A program made the translations under genes and the position numbers. Positions 8,453 to 15,417 of a DNA stretch of 15,417 nt are shown here, piece by piece; the stretch's first letter is position 1; every line of letters begins with the position of its first letter. Below the pieces are notes generated by a model. It worked only from the letters and a program-made list of their open reading frames with translations. It made no database searches and was not told where the DNA came from. This stretch comes from an uncultured Desulfobacteraceae bacterium (GTDB taxonomy: Bacteria > Desulfobacterota > Desulfobacteria > Desulfobacterales > SKZT01), in contig CAZNTU010000130.1 in the NCBI GenBank assembly GCA_964575975.1, positions 1-15,417 of the forward strand, given 5' to 3'.

Positions 8453-8520
8453 CTTTCAGCTGTCGGCCTTCAGCTTGCTCCGAATCGCGCGACGCGAAAA
8501 ACCAGGCCGTAAGCTGAAAG
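8453..8520. repeat. Imperfect 16-nt inverted repeat CTTTCAGCTGTCGGCC (8453-8468) / GGCCGTAAGCTGAAAG (8505-8520), 14 of 16 complementary, with 36-nt spacer. A nested TCGCG-CGA-CGCGA mini-hairpin sits at 8485-8497
   Basis: Seen in the 112-nt qrcB-qrcC intergenic region. Would form a long-range stem-loop in the polycistronic mRNA. Confidence 0.5.
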
Positions 8521-8540
8521 CTAAAATTATTTTGAAAAGC

Positions 8541-10775
8541 TTAGGCTTTGGTCAATTTCGCCCGGATTCCCCATGCCGCGTTCAATCCCGTGAGCGGATC
8601 CTCGACAACCTTAAGCAACTGGTTGGCGTTGAGGCCCTTGCCCCGTCCCATGTACTCGTCAAAGGCGGTGTGGCCCAATCCGGTGGGAATCGCGATCACG
8701 CCCGGCAGGATACCGTCGAACAAGGTCACCTTCACTTTCGCCGTGCCGGCCGCCGTTTGCAATTCGGCGTAGTCGCCTTCTTCCAAACCGGCTTTCTCCG
8801 CCGTCTTCGGATTCATCTCCACCACCACGTCATTATGGAACAAGACTTCGTTGGGGACTGTCTTGAGCATGAAAGGCGTCGTAGCCGCGTACCCTTTCGA
8901 GCGTCTCATGGAATCGTATGGAATAAGCGTGTAGTTTCCGGCTTCCATTTCGATCCCAAGGCTCTCGAAGTGCGGCAACCCTCTATTGTTCTCCTGGGGG
9001 TTCTTCACCGCAGTCGCCAAAAACTCGAACTTTTTCGAACTCGTCTCGAAGTTCCAAGGGTTGGGGACGACTTCGTCGCTTACCGCGACGACATCCTTCA
9101 GCAACGCGTCCCATTTGTCGCCGAGGGTTTCCTTCAAACAGGTCTCATAGTCGCACCAAGGGAACGCCTCGGATACCGAGCCGCCGAGTTTCTTCGCGAT
9201 CCCCAAAATGGCGTCGCCGGTATGCATGGTGTTCAGCTGAGGCTTGACCACCGGTTTGGCAAGCGCGAGAACCGGTTTTTTCAAACCCGCCGCGATCGGA
9301 ACGTCTTCGTAGCGCTCCAGGTAGACATGGTTGGGAAGGATCAGATCGGAAAACGCGGCCGTTTCGTCCATGAAGGAGGAGAAGCTTGCGACGAAGGGGA
9401 TTTGGGAGAAGGCTTTTTTAACGGCGTCCGTGTCGTTCATGGTGTAGAGAGGATTGGCGTTGGCGATCAGAAGCGCCTTGACGTCGTACTTTTCGCCGGC
9501 GTTGAGGATTTTGGGGAAGCGTTCCAGAAGGCTCTCTGCGCACAGCCACTCGTCGGACCCGGCGCCGTCAATCCGTCCTTTTTGAAGTCCTGCGGAAGCG
9601 ATCTCGTCGGCTCGAACCTCCGGCCATGCGATATAATCGAATTTCGGAAGGGACCATACGCCGCCTTCGGAATTGATGTTTCCGACGAGCGCGTTCAACG
9701 CCTGAACTGCCATGACTTCGTGAACGGAACCGGGAATGTCGCCCTTTCCTCTTCCGCATACGGCCAACGGTTTCTTGGCCTCGGCGAACTCGAGGGCCAA
9801 TTCCACGATGGTTTCCTCGCCGATCCCGGTGATCTCCGCGACCTCGCCCGGGCTGTAGTCGTTGGTCACGAGGTTCTTGAACTCCTTGAAACCGCTCGAT
9901 CCCGTATCGACAAAGTTCTTGAGGTACTTTTTCTGACGTACGATCACATGGGCGATGCCCATGGCCAAAGCGGCCTCCGTGCCGGGATTGATCGGAATCC
10001 ATTTGTCCATCTTTGCCGCAGTGGTAGAAAGGCGCGGTTCGATCTGGATCACCTTGCCCCTTTCGCGAATCCCGTTGATCGCCTGGAACATGCGGATGGG
10101 AGAACCCCATCCCTCGATCAACCCGCTGCCGAAACTCAAGAGGTAGTCGGTGTTTTCAAAGTCGAACCCGACCGGTCCCTCCGAGCCTTGCATCAGTTTG
10201 GCGGCGGTCCGGTACGTATCGAAGACGGTGGCGGGGGTCATGAAGTTCGAAGAGCCGTAAGCCGTCGTGAATCTTTTCAAGAGAGCGCCCACGGTGCCTT
10301 TGTCGTCCCCCGAAATCGCGGCCACCTTTTCCGGCTCGCCGGCGGCCCTGATCTCGGCCAGCTTCTCCGAAACGATGTCGATCGCCTCGTCCCAGGAAAT
10401 TTTCTGCCACTTGCCCTCGCCCCTTTCGCCGATTCTCTTCATGGGGGAAGGAACCCTGAAGGGACCGTAAAGATATTGAAGGCCGGAGGCGCCGAGGATG
10501 CAAATGCCGCCGTCGTTGACAGGGCTTCCTTCGGTCCCCTCGATCTTGATCGCCCTGTTGTCCACTTTCCGGACGGAAATGCCGCAACCGCCGGGGCAGA
10601 GCGTGCATACGGTATTTTCGTACGCGTATTGTCCATCGGGGGGAACCGGCGTCCATGGCCACATTTGAGTCCAAATTGACAAATCGTCCGTCAGTTTCCA
10701 GGGCAGCGGCGTAAGGTTAATCCCCGCAGCGGCCCCGACGGCGAGTGATAAGAAACATCTTCTGCTAAGTTTCAT
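8541..10775 (-). CDS. qrcB: Molybdopterin-oxidoreductase-family large subunit (744 aa precursor) with twin-arginine signal, QrcB-like. Start moved to the ATG at 10773-10775
   Basis: MKLSRRCFLSLAVGAAAG... gives a Tat motif SRRCFL. GAGGT SD lies 7 nt upstream of this ATG, and the track start at 10838 has no SD. N-terminal CTLCPGGC...C four-Cys cluster motif. Length and domain order match molybdopterin-family enzymes. Confidence 0.9.
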   Translation of the reverse strand: MKLSRRCFLSLAVGAAAGINLTPLPWKLTDDLSIWTQMWPWTPVPPDGQYAYENTVCTLCPGGCGISVRKVDNRAIKIEGTEGSPVNDGGICILGASGLQYLYGPFRVPSPMKRIGERGEGKWQKISWDEAIDIVSEKLAEIRAAGEPEKVAAISGDDKGTVGALLKRFTTAYGSSNFMTPATVFDTYRTAAKLMQGSEGPVGFDFENTDYLLSFGSGLIEGWGSPIRMFQAINGIRERGKVIQIEPRLSTTAAKMDKWIPINPGTEAALAMGIAHVIVRQKKYLKNFVDTGSSGFKEFKNLVTNDYSPGEVAEITGIGEETIVELALEFAEAKKPLAVCGRGKGDIPGSVHEVMAVQALNALVGNINSEGGVWSLPKFDYIAWPEVRADEIASAGLQKGRIDGAGSDEWLCAESLLERFPKILNAGEKYDVKALLIANANPLYTMNDTDAVKKAFSQIPFVASFSSFMDETAAFSDLILPNHVYLERYEDVPIAAGLKKPVLALAKPVVKPQLNTMHTGDAILGIAKKLGGSVSEAFPWCDYETCLKETLGDKWDALLKDVVAVSDEVVPNPWNFETSSKKFEFLATAVKNPQENNRGLPHFESLGIEMEAGNYTLIPYDSMRRSKGYAATTPFMLKTVPNEVLFHNDVVVEMNPKTAEKAGLEEGDYAELQTAAGTAKVKVTLFDGILPGVIAIPTGLGHTAFDEYMGRGKGLNANQLLKVVEDPLTGLNAAWGIRAKLTKA

Positions 10776-10859
10776 GGATTTTACCTCGTTATGTGAAAAT
10801 GCGAGCAATATTATTCTTGTTTTTTTTCGAGTCCGCAACAGAATGATATTTCATAGCTC

Positions 10860-11549
10860 TTACTTGTGGCAAACGAAGCAGGCGCCTTTTTCCGTCTGGA
10901 CGCTGCTTTGATTGACGTTGTTCTCCTGGTGGCATTCCGAGCAATCGTCCATCTTCATCCGGTCCCACGTGTTTTTCTTGAGCCCGGCGATGTTTTTGCC
11001 CCAAATGTTCCGGCTGTAGCCGGAAATTCTATTGTATTCGTAGATCGGCAAAGTTGTGGACCCCCCGATGTCGCCGTGGCAGGTCCGGCAATTCATTTCG
11101 CCGGATATCACGTGGGCCGCGTGCGAGAAGAACACGCAATCGGGTTGCCTGGAATAAACGAGCCATGGAACCTCCAGGCCGTTCGCGACATATTGCTCCA
11201 CGAAAATGGCTTCGTCCTCGCTCCCCCCTTGCACCTCGTAGTGGCAGTCCACGCACTGGGCAAGCTTGGGAGCGCCGGAAAACGTACCGTCTTCACGGAA
11301 GAAATGGCAGCTCTGGCAACCGTTGTCCACCATCTCGTTGTGAAGCTGGTGGTTAAAATCGAACGGCTGCTTCTTCTGCGAATAGAGGACTTTGGGAAAC
11401 CCAATCCATCCTACCAAAAGGCTCGCAACCAATCCGACAACGAAGAAAATGAAGACGATCCCAATGGTGTTTTTCTTCCCGGAAGCCTCGGCGCTTTCAT
11501 CGGCCGCTTCCGCTGAAGCCTCTTTGGCCTTTTCCTCTGATGTGCTCAT
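10860..11549 (-). CDS. qrcA: Membrane-anchored pentaheme cytochrome c (229 aa), QrcA/ActA-like
   Basis: Five CxxCH motifs (CQSCH, CVDCH, CRTCH, CSECH, CFVCH). N-terminal acidic tail, then one TM helix IGIVFIFFVVGLVASLLVGWIGF. GGAG SD 6 nt upstream of the ATG at 11549. Confidence 0.88.
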   Translation of the reverse strand: MSTSEEKAKEASAEAADESAEASGKKNTIGIVFIFFVVGLVASLLVGWIGFPKVLYSQKKQPFDFNHQLHNEMVDNGCQSCHFFREDGTFSGAPKLAQCVDCHYEVQGGSEDEAIFVEQYVANGLEVPWLVYSRQPDCVFFSHAAHVISGEMNCRTCHGDIGGSTTLPIYEYNRISGYSRNIWGKNIAGLKKNTWDRMKMDDCSECHQENNVNQSSVQTEKGACFVCHK

Positions 11550-11575
11550 GGAATCTCCGTCAAAAAGTGGTTTAA

Positions 11576-11616
11576 ATTTTCACAAAAGAACCCAAACAGA
11601 CCTTGAAAAAATTCAA
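11576..11616 (-). promoter_or_regulatory. Candidate class II CRP/FNR-family-dependent promoter for qrcA. TTGAA-N4-TTCAA dyad (11603-11616) is centred about 40.5 bp upstream of a predicted TSS. Extended -10 TGTGAAAAT (minus strand, 11584-11576)
   Basis: Dyad core TTGA-N6-TCAA matches 8 of 10 positions of the FNR box. The TG-n-GAAAAT spacing is exact for an extended -10. Predicted 5' UTR is about 20 nt. All positions hand-derived; no experimental support. Confidence 0.4.
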
Positions 11617-11796
11617 CGCCGGTTCCGTCGCCTTTTTCGAAATCGTATGGCCTGTACAATGAAAAAGCGCCGAATCGGGCGTTTCCGAACTTGAAAAGAA
11701 ACTATTTCCATAGGGTCGGGCGCCCGCCCCGAACAAACGGGACTGAAAATAATTTGAGTCTGTTTATCTATAGTTATCTGTTTTGTCAAGAAAAAA

Positions 11797-12639
11797 TCAT
11801 TGACCCATGCTGCCGTAACTGTGCAAGCCCGGCAAAAGATTCACGCCGAAATACGTGAAAAGGACCGCGGCGAAACCCGCCACCGACAGCCATGCGATTC
11901 TCTTCCCTCGCCACCCGCGCATCATCCTGGCATGGATCAGCGTCGAATAGATAAACCACGTGATCAGAGACCATGTTTCCTTCGGGTCCCATCCCCAATA
12001 GCGGCCCCACGCGCTGTTGGCCCAGACCGCCCCCGTTATGATGCCCGCCGTGAGAAACAAAAACCCGAACATCACGAGCTGGTAAATCAACTCGTCCAAA
12101 ATCGACGAGTCCGGAAGCCGACCGAGGAGACTGCTTTCGCTCCGGGCGCGTTTCTTCAGGATGTACATGACGGCGATTCCGAAGGCGACCGCGAAAGCCG
12201 CGTAGCCGACAAAGCACGTGATCACGTGGGCGATCAGCCAGTTGCTTTTCAAAGCCGGGACCAACGGCTGTATACGGTCGCTGATGTTCGGGGAAAGGCT
12301 CGCGTAGGCCAGGGCCAGGAAAGCCAAAGGCGCGGTGAACGCACCGATGACCCGGTTCTTGTACTTCATTTCGAGAACCAGGTAGACCGCTATGATGGTC
12401 ATCGAAAAAAAGACCAGGGATTCGTAAAGGTTGGACAAAGGCGCGTGACCGAAACCCATTTGGTAGGATTCGATCCATCGCAGCGCGATTCCGGCCAGGT
12501 TTCCGAAAAGTCCGGCCAAGGCGACCCATGTGGCCGCCTTGGCCGGACTTTCTTTCTTGAAAACCCACGAAAAAACATACAGAAACGCCGACAATCCATA
12601 AACGAACGTAGTGACGGACAATATGCTGGAACTGTTCAT
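11797..12639 (-). CDS. ccsA: Cytochrome c biogenesis protein CcsA/ResC (system II heme-handling protein, 280 aa)
   Basis: Polytopic membrane protein with the tryptophan-rich WWD motif WGRYWGWDPKETW and conserved flanking His residues. GAGAGG SD upstream of the ATG at 12639. Confidence 0.9.
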   Translation of the reverse strand: MNSSSILSVTTFVYGLSAFLYVFSWVFKKESPAKAATWVALAGLFGNLAGIALRWIESYQMGFGHAPLSNLYESLVFFSMTIIAVYLVLEMKYKNRVIGAFTAPLAFLALAYASLSPNISDRIQPLVPALKSNWLIAHVITCFVGYAAFAVAFGIAVMYILKKRARSESSLLGRLPDSSILDELIYQLVMFGFLFLTAGIITGAVWANSAWGRYWGWDPKETWSLITWFIYSTLIHARMMRGWRGKRIAWLSVAGFAAVLFTYFGVNLLPGLHSYGSMGQ

Positions 12640-12682
12640 TCAAACCTCTCGATTCAATAATATAAAAGGTGCGGGGGCGGGA

Positions 12683-14059
12683 TTATTCCATCGCCCGCAA
12701 TTGCTCCAAAATACTTTTCACCTTTTGCGCCATCCCGAGTTTGTTCTTGTTCGAAGAACCGGCGACCGTCACGCGGCATCCGTTGCCGGTCCGGACAGCC
12801 TCCACGAACAGGCGCTGGTGGGATATGAAAAAAGTGACGAAACATCCGGCGATCATCACGACAAAGCCGAGATATACAAGGGGGACGCCAGGATCGTACG
12901 TGACCTGAAGACCCGTATAGAATTTCTCGTCGTATTTTTCCACCGCGATCACGAACTCGCCTTTTCGCATGCGGTCGAAATTGGGAAAGCGAAGAGGCAA
13001 TACGATCTCGACCGGCTCCTTGTCCTTGAGGTTCAATGTTCCGATGAACGCCTGGCCGATAGAATGTCCCCGGAACTGCGCGTTGTCGCTGAAGCTTTGC
13101 AGCACGAATGTACCCTTGCCGTCAGGAAGATCGATCGTTTGGCCGACCTTCGCCTTTTTCATGATATTGAACCCGAACTCCTCTTCCCTAGTGGCGATGC
13201 TCAAGGTGACCGTGTCCGAGGGGACGGACCCGTAGCTAGACTGGAAAATATTGATGCCCTCGTATCTCAGAGGATCGTTAACGATGATGTCCTTTTTCAG
13301 AACTTCCTTGCCGTTCTCCAGTATCGTCAGCGAGCTTCGGTATTCCTTGGGGGTGCCGGACTCGTAGAAGCTGACGTCGAAATCGTCGCACCGAATCGCG
13401 AAATCGAGGGCTTGAATCGCGGGTTTGTTTCGCAGGCGGATGCTGTCGACGGTCTCGCCCTCGGGGATGTTGACGAATCCCTCGAATCCCATGATGGAGC
13501 CGATCAGACCGCCCAGCAGCAAAAAAATTATGCTCAGATGGACGATATAAGCCCCCAACCGGGTCCAACGTCCCTTTTCAGCTAAAAAGACCCACCCATT
13601 GTCGGTCTCTTCGACGCGGCAATAACCGAATTTCCTGCGAAGGAAAGGTTCGTACAGTTTGCGCAAGTCCTGGGCCGACCGGTCTCTTTCAAACTCCTCC
13701 TTGTCGGAATCGCCTCTGAAGCGTCCCGGATTGAAGGAGGGCTCTTTCACGAAAACCACCTTCCAAGCGGTCGGAAGCCTGTCCAGGGAACACACGACCA
13801 CGTTGGCCGTCAAGACGATCAGGACAAGCTGAAACCACCACGAATGGTACATGTCGAACAGATCCAGGAACGAAAACAGCGCGTAGAGCTTCGGGCCGTA
13901 GGCTTGCATATAGGCTGCGGGGCTTTCGTTCTGGGGGATGACGGTACCTATTATGGAAGTGGCCGCCAAGGTCAACAATACCGCGACCGTAAGCTTTACG
14001 GACGCGAAAAACCTCCACACCCCGCCAAGGGGGGTCGGAGAGGTATCGCTTCGTTCCAT
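12683..14059 (-). CDS. ccsB: Cytochrome c biogenesis protein CcsB/ResB (458 aa). Start taken at ATG 14057-14059 (MERSDTS...), not the track ATG at 14098
   Basis: N-terminal TM helix after WRFFASVKLTVAVLL, a large soluble middle domain, and a C-terminal TM pair (VYLGFVVMIAGCFVTFFISH), which is the typical ResB architecture. AAAGGA SD 8 nt upstream of the 14059 ATG. Nothing SD-like before 14098. Confidence 0.85.
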   Translation of the reverse strand: MERSDTSPTPLGGVWRFFASVKLTVAVLLTLAATSIIGTVIPQNESPAAYMQAYGPKLYALFSFLDLFDMYHSWWFQLVLIVLTANVVVCSLDRLPTAWKVVFVKEPSFNPGRFRGDSDKEEFERDRSAQDLRKLYEPFLRRKFGYCRVEETDNGWVFLAEKGRWTRLGAYIVHLSIIFLLLGGLIGSIMGFEGFVNIPEGETVDSIRLRNKPAIQALDFAIRCDDFDVSFYESGTPKEYRSSLTILENGKEVLKKDIIVNDPLRYEGINIFQSSYGSVPSDTVTLSIATREEEFGFNIMKKAKVGQTIDLPDGKGTFVLQSFSDNAQFRGHSIGQAFIGTLNLKDKEPVEIVLPLRFPNFDRMRKGEFVIAVEKYDEKFYTGLQVTYDPGVPLVYLGFVVMIAGCFVTFFISHQRLFVEAVRTGNGCRVTVAGSSNKNKLGMAQKVKSILEQLRAME

Positions 14060-14599
14060 CAATAATTCCTTTCCGATTCTATCCGGACTCGATCCCATAA
14101 TCGACGTCTCGTCAAAATGCCGTTTCGTGCAATCCGCGCGGGCGCGCCGGTTCGCGGCTCTCCTTCAAATCGACGAACGAGCATAATATTCATCCTCCCG
14201 GGACTTTTCCAGGTCTAACGCGAATTTTAGTGTCGGGTTTTCCCGTAGCCGCATTGGCTGGAAAATCGTTGCGGAAACATGTTTCATACTTTTCGGCTCG
14301 AGGCACCTACCCGACTCGATCATTGTTGGCGGCGCCCCGATGCAATAGGAGGTTATAACAAAACGGCAATATGGAAGCAACACAAAGAAAAAAACTGGAT
14401 TTGTTTAAAAATCGGCGGATTCGGAACTTGCAGGCAAGTACCGTGCTGTGGAAACGCGATTCTTGACAATTCCGGTTTCCGTATAAGGTTTTGATGTAAC
14501 GAGGCCGATCGAAAATGAAAACAACGATATGAAAGCGCGCGCCGAATTGGAAAAATGGACGGGCGGCAACCTTTTTATTCATGCCGCATTAAGCGAGGC

Positions 14600-14628
14600 T
14601 TAACTATATTATAAAACTATATTATAAA
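14600..14628 (+). promoter_or_regulatory. Candidate sigma70 promoter for the small Cys-rich ORF: TTAACT (14600-14605), 17 bp spacer, TATAAA (14623-14628)
   Basis: Hexamers and spacing read from sequence. Embedded in the tandem 13-bp repeat. Predicted 5' UTR about 115 nt. Confidence 0.3.
14602..14627. repeat. Perfect tandem direct repeat AACTATATTATAA x2, followed by AGGTG-N5-AGGTG
   Basis: Exact 13-mer at 14602-14614 and 14615-14627. AT-rich island inside a GC-richer genome. Confidence 0.9.
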
Positions 14629-14749
14629 GGTGATAAAAGGTGTGCAGAATCCGGACTCGGACACTCGTCCGCGCTGGCGTGGCGCGAAACGGCCTATCGA
14701 CAAACGAAAATCGGAAACGGGAAGCGTACCGGCTCCCCAAGGAGGAAAT

Positions 14750-14920
14750 ATGGCAAAATCTTCAAACGCTCGCAAGTGTTGTTCGATGGAAAAGGAACAC
14801 CTGATGGAGGAACTTAGAAAATGCGACATGAGTTCCTCCAATTACGACGAATTTCACCAGTGCTACCGGGATGCCGCAAGAGAAAGCGGCCTGCGCGCCA
14901 GATCGTGCGTCACCGAATAG
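14750..14920 (+). CDS. Small Cys-rich hypothetical protein (56 aa): MAKSSNARKCCSMEKEHLMEELRKCDMSSSNYDEFHQCYRDAARESGLRARSCVTE
   Basis: ATG at 14750 with AGGAGG 5 nt upstream (14741-14746). TAG stop at 14918-14920, followed 20 nt later by a strong terminator. Five Cys including a CC pair. The longer track ORF from 14630 lacks an RBS. Confidence 0.55.
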   Translation: MAKSSNARKCCSMEKEHLMEELRKCDMSSSNYDEFHQCYRDAARESGLRARSCVTE

Positions 14921-14939
14921 AACGGCGCGACAAGCGCCC

Positions 14940-14974
14940 AAAAAGCCGCAGGGGATATCCCCTGCGGCTTTTTT
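14940..14974. terminator. Bidirectional rho-independent terminator: perfect 24-nt palindrome GCCGCAGGGGATATCCCCTGCGGC flanked by A5 and T6
   Basis: 10-bp GC-rich stem with ATAT loop. T6 on the plus side and T5 on the minus side. Sits between the convergent Cys-rich ORF and the encapsulin gene. Confidence 0.88.
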
Positions 14975-15007
14975 AATTCAAGAGGTATGGAAGGTTTTTG
15001 CCGAAGT

Positions 15008-15417
15008 TTATCTTTTTATGCTCATTTTAACGAATACCGAGTCGTCGAGGATGCGGAACGTAAACGATTCGGTCAGGTAAAGCGAGACGGTGTCCTTGTC
15101 GTGCTGGGCGTAGCCGATCATATAATCCTGCCCCAAAATCAGCTCCAAATCTCCGCCGCGCATGGAAACCAGAAAGGCGTCCCGAATTTCCGAAGCGTAC
15201 AAGATCGGACCCCCTAAAAGATTTTCGATATGCCGTCGCAAAGGATAACCGTTCAAATGCCTTGAGAGAGTTCGCCATTCCGCCGGATTTACCACAAGCG
15301 CGTACGGTCCCTCTACCGAGGCTTCCAGCAGGGTGGTTATCCCTGTCGAAACGGCCTCCAGGATCTCGGGAATTTGGTCGGAAAACTCCAGAAAGTGCCG
15401 GGACGCTTCGTACATCC
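15008..15417 (-). CDS. Family-1 encapsulin (linocin M18-type) nanocompartment shell protein. Only the C-terminal ~135 residues are in the window; the 5' end lies beyond the window edge
   Basis: The C-terminus ...VEGPYALVVNPAEW...GYPL...LVSMRGGDLELILGQDYMIGYAQHDKDTVSLYLTESFTFRILDDSVFV aligns residue-for-residue in character with the T. maritima encapsulin C-terminus (GPYTLVINTDRW...GHYPL...[50 protein letters not shown]). The M at 15415 is internal. Confidence 0.88.
   Translation of the reverse strand, partial: MYEASRHFLEFSDQIPEILEAVSTGITTLLEASVEGPYALVVNPAEWRTLSRHLNGYPLRRHIENLLGGPILYASEIRDAFLVSMRGGDLELILGQDYMIGYAQHDKDTVSLYLTESFTFRILDDSVFVKMSIKR

Noticed and set aside
8277-10679. 800-aa plus-strand ORF antisense to the qrcB-like gene, and similar long antisense ORFs 7619..8443, 412..993, 3430..4320, 3479..4180, 10866..11516, 11800..12660 and 12611..13585
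   Set aside because: Each lies opposite a gene with clear family features. The translations are Arg/Gly/Pro-rich low-complexity sequence typical of antisense frames in GC-rich coding DNA. No RBS was found.
10776-10838. Track start of the large subunit at 10838 (MRTRKKTRIIL...), and ccsB start at 14098
   Set aside because: The internal ATGs at 10775 and 14059 have proper SD sequences and give a canonical Tat signal and ResB N-terminus respectively.
11550-11796. Small ORFs in the 247-nt ccsA-qrcA spacer (for example a 31-aa minus-strand ORF from ATG about 11702), and a weak CGCC/GGCG hairpin plus T5 near 11661-11686
   Set aside because: No RBS. The hairpin has only a 4-bp stem. The spacer is better explained as promoter DNA for qrcA.
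14346-14466. Consensus TAGGAGG followed by a 31-aa ORF (ATG 14371), and a 24-aa ORF at 14529
   Set aside because: The SD-to-ATG spacing is 18 nt, which is too long. Neither peptide has any recognisable feature. Kept only as part of the intergenic-island finding.
14440-14490. Possible sigma54 or sigma70 promoter (TGGAAAC...TTGAC; TTGACA at 14463-14468)
   Set aside because: There is no GC at the required GG-N10-GC position. The perfect TTGACA has only 13-nt spacing to TATAAG, or 15 nt to a weak TAAGGT.
14602-14627. Tandem repeat considered as a CRISPR or minisatellite
   Set aside because: Only two contiguous copies and no spacers. More consistent with a promoter/operator.

Overview
This 15.4 kb window looks like ordinary chromosomal DNA, probably from a sulfate-reducer-like Desulfobacterota genome. 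That taxonomic guess is an inference from the Qrc-type operon, the ccsBA genes, AGGAGG-type ribosome-binding sites and the moderately high GC content. Gene order, left to right: a DUF169-like gene (-) and a PHP phosphoesterase (+) that diverge from an AT-rich, repeat-laden intergenic region; a 4-TM membrane protein with a Met-rich coiled coil (+); an MFS transporter (-) whose frame is broken at a G11/C11 homopolymer; murA (-, TTG start); then one long minus-strand respiratory block. That block is ccsB-ccsA (system II cytochrome c maturation), a TM-anchored pentaheme cytochrome c, a Tat-signal molybdopterin-family large subunit, a four-cluster Fe-S subunit, an NrfD-family membrane subunit (a qrcABCD-type quinone reductase module related to alternative complex III), an unannotated 59-aa His-tailed single-TM ORF tightly coupled after qrcD, and a strong intrinsic terminator. 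A ~690 bp AT-rich intergenic region with a perfect tandem 13-bp repeat follows. After it come a 56-aa Cys-rich ORF (+), a perfect palindromic bidirectional terminator, and the C-terminal 135 aa of a family-1 encapsulin shell protein (-) that continues past the window edge. No rRNA, tRNA, CRISPR or IS elements were seen. The points most worth follow-up are the possible fifth small subunit of the Qrc-like complex, the Qrc/ACIII hybrid architecture with an FNR-type promoter, the homopolymer-disrupted transporter, and the encapsulin locus whose cargo lies off-window.
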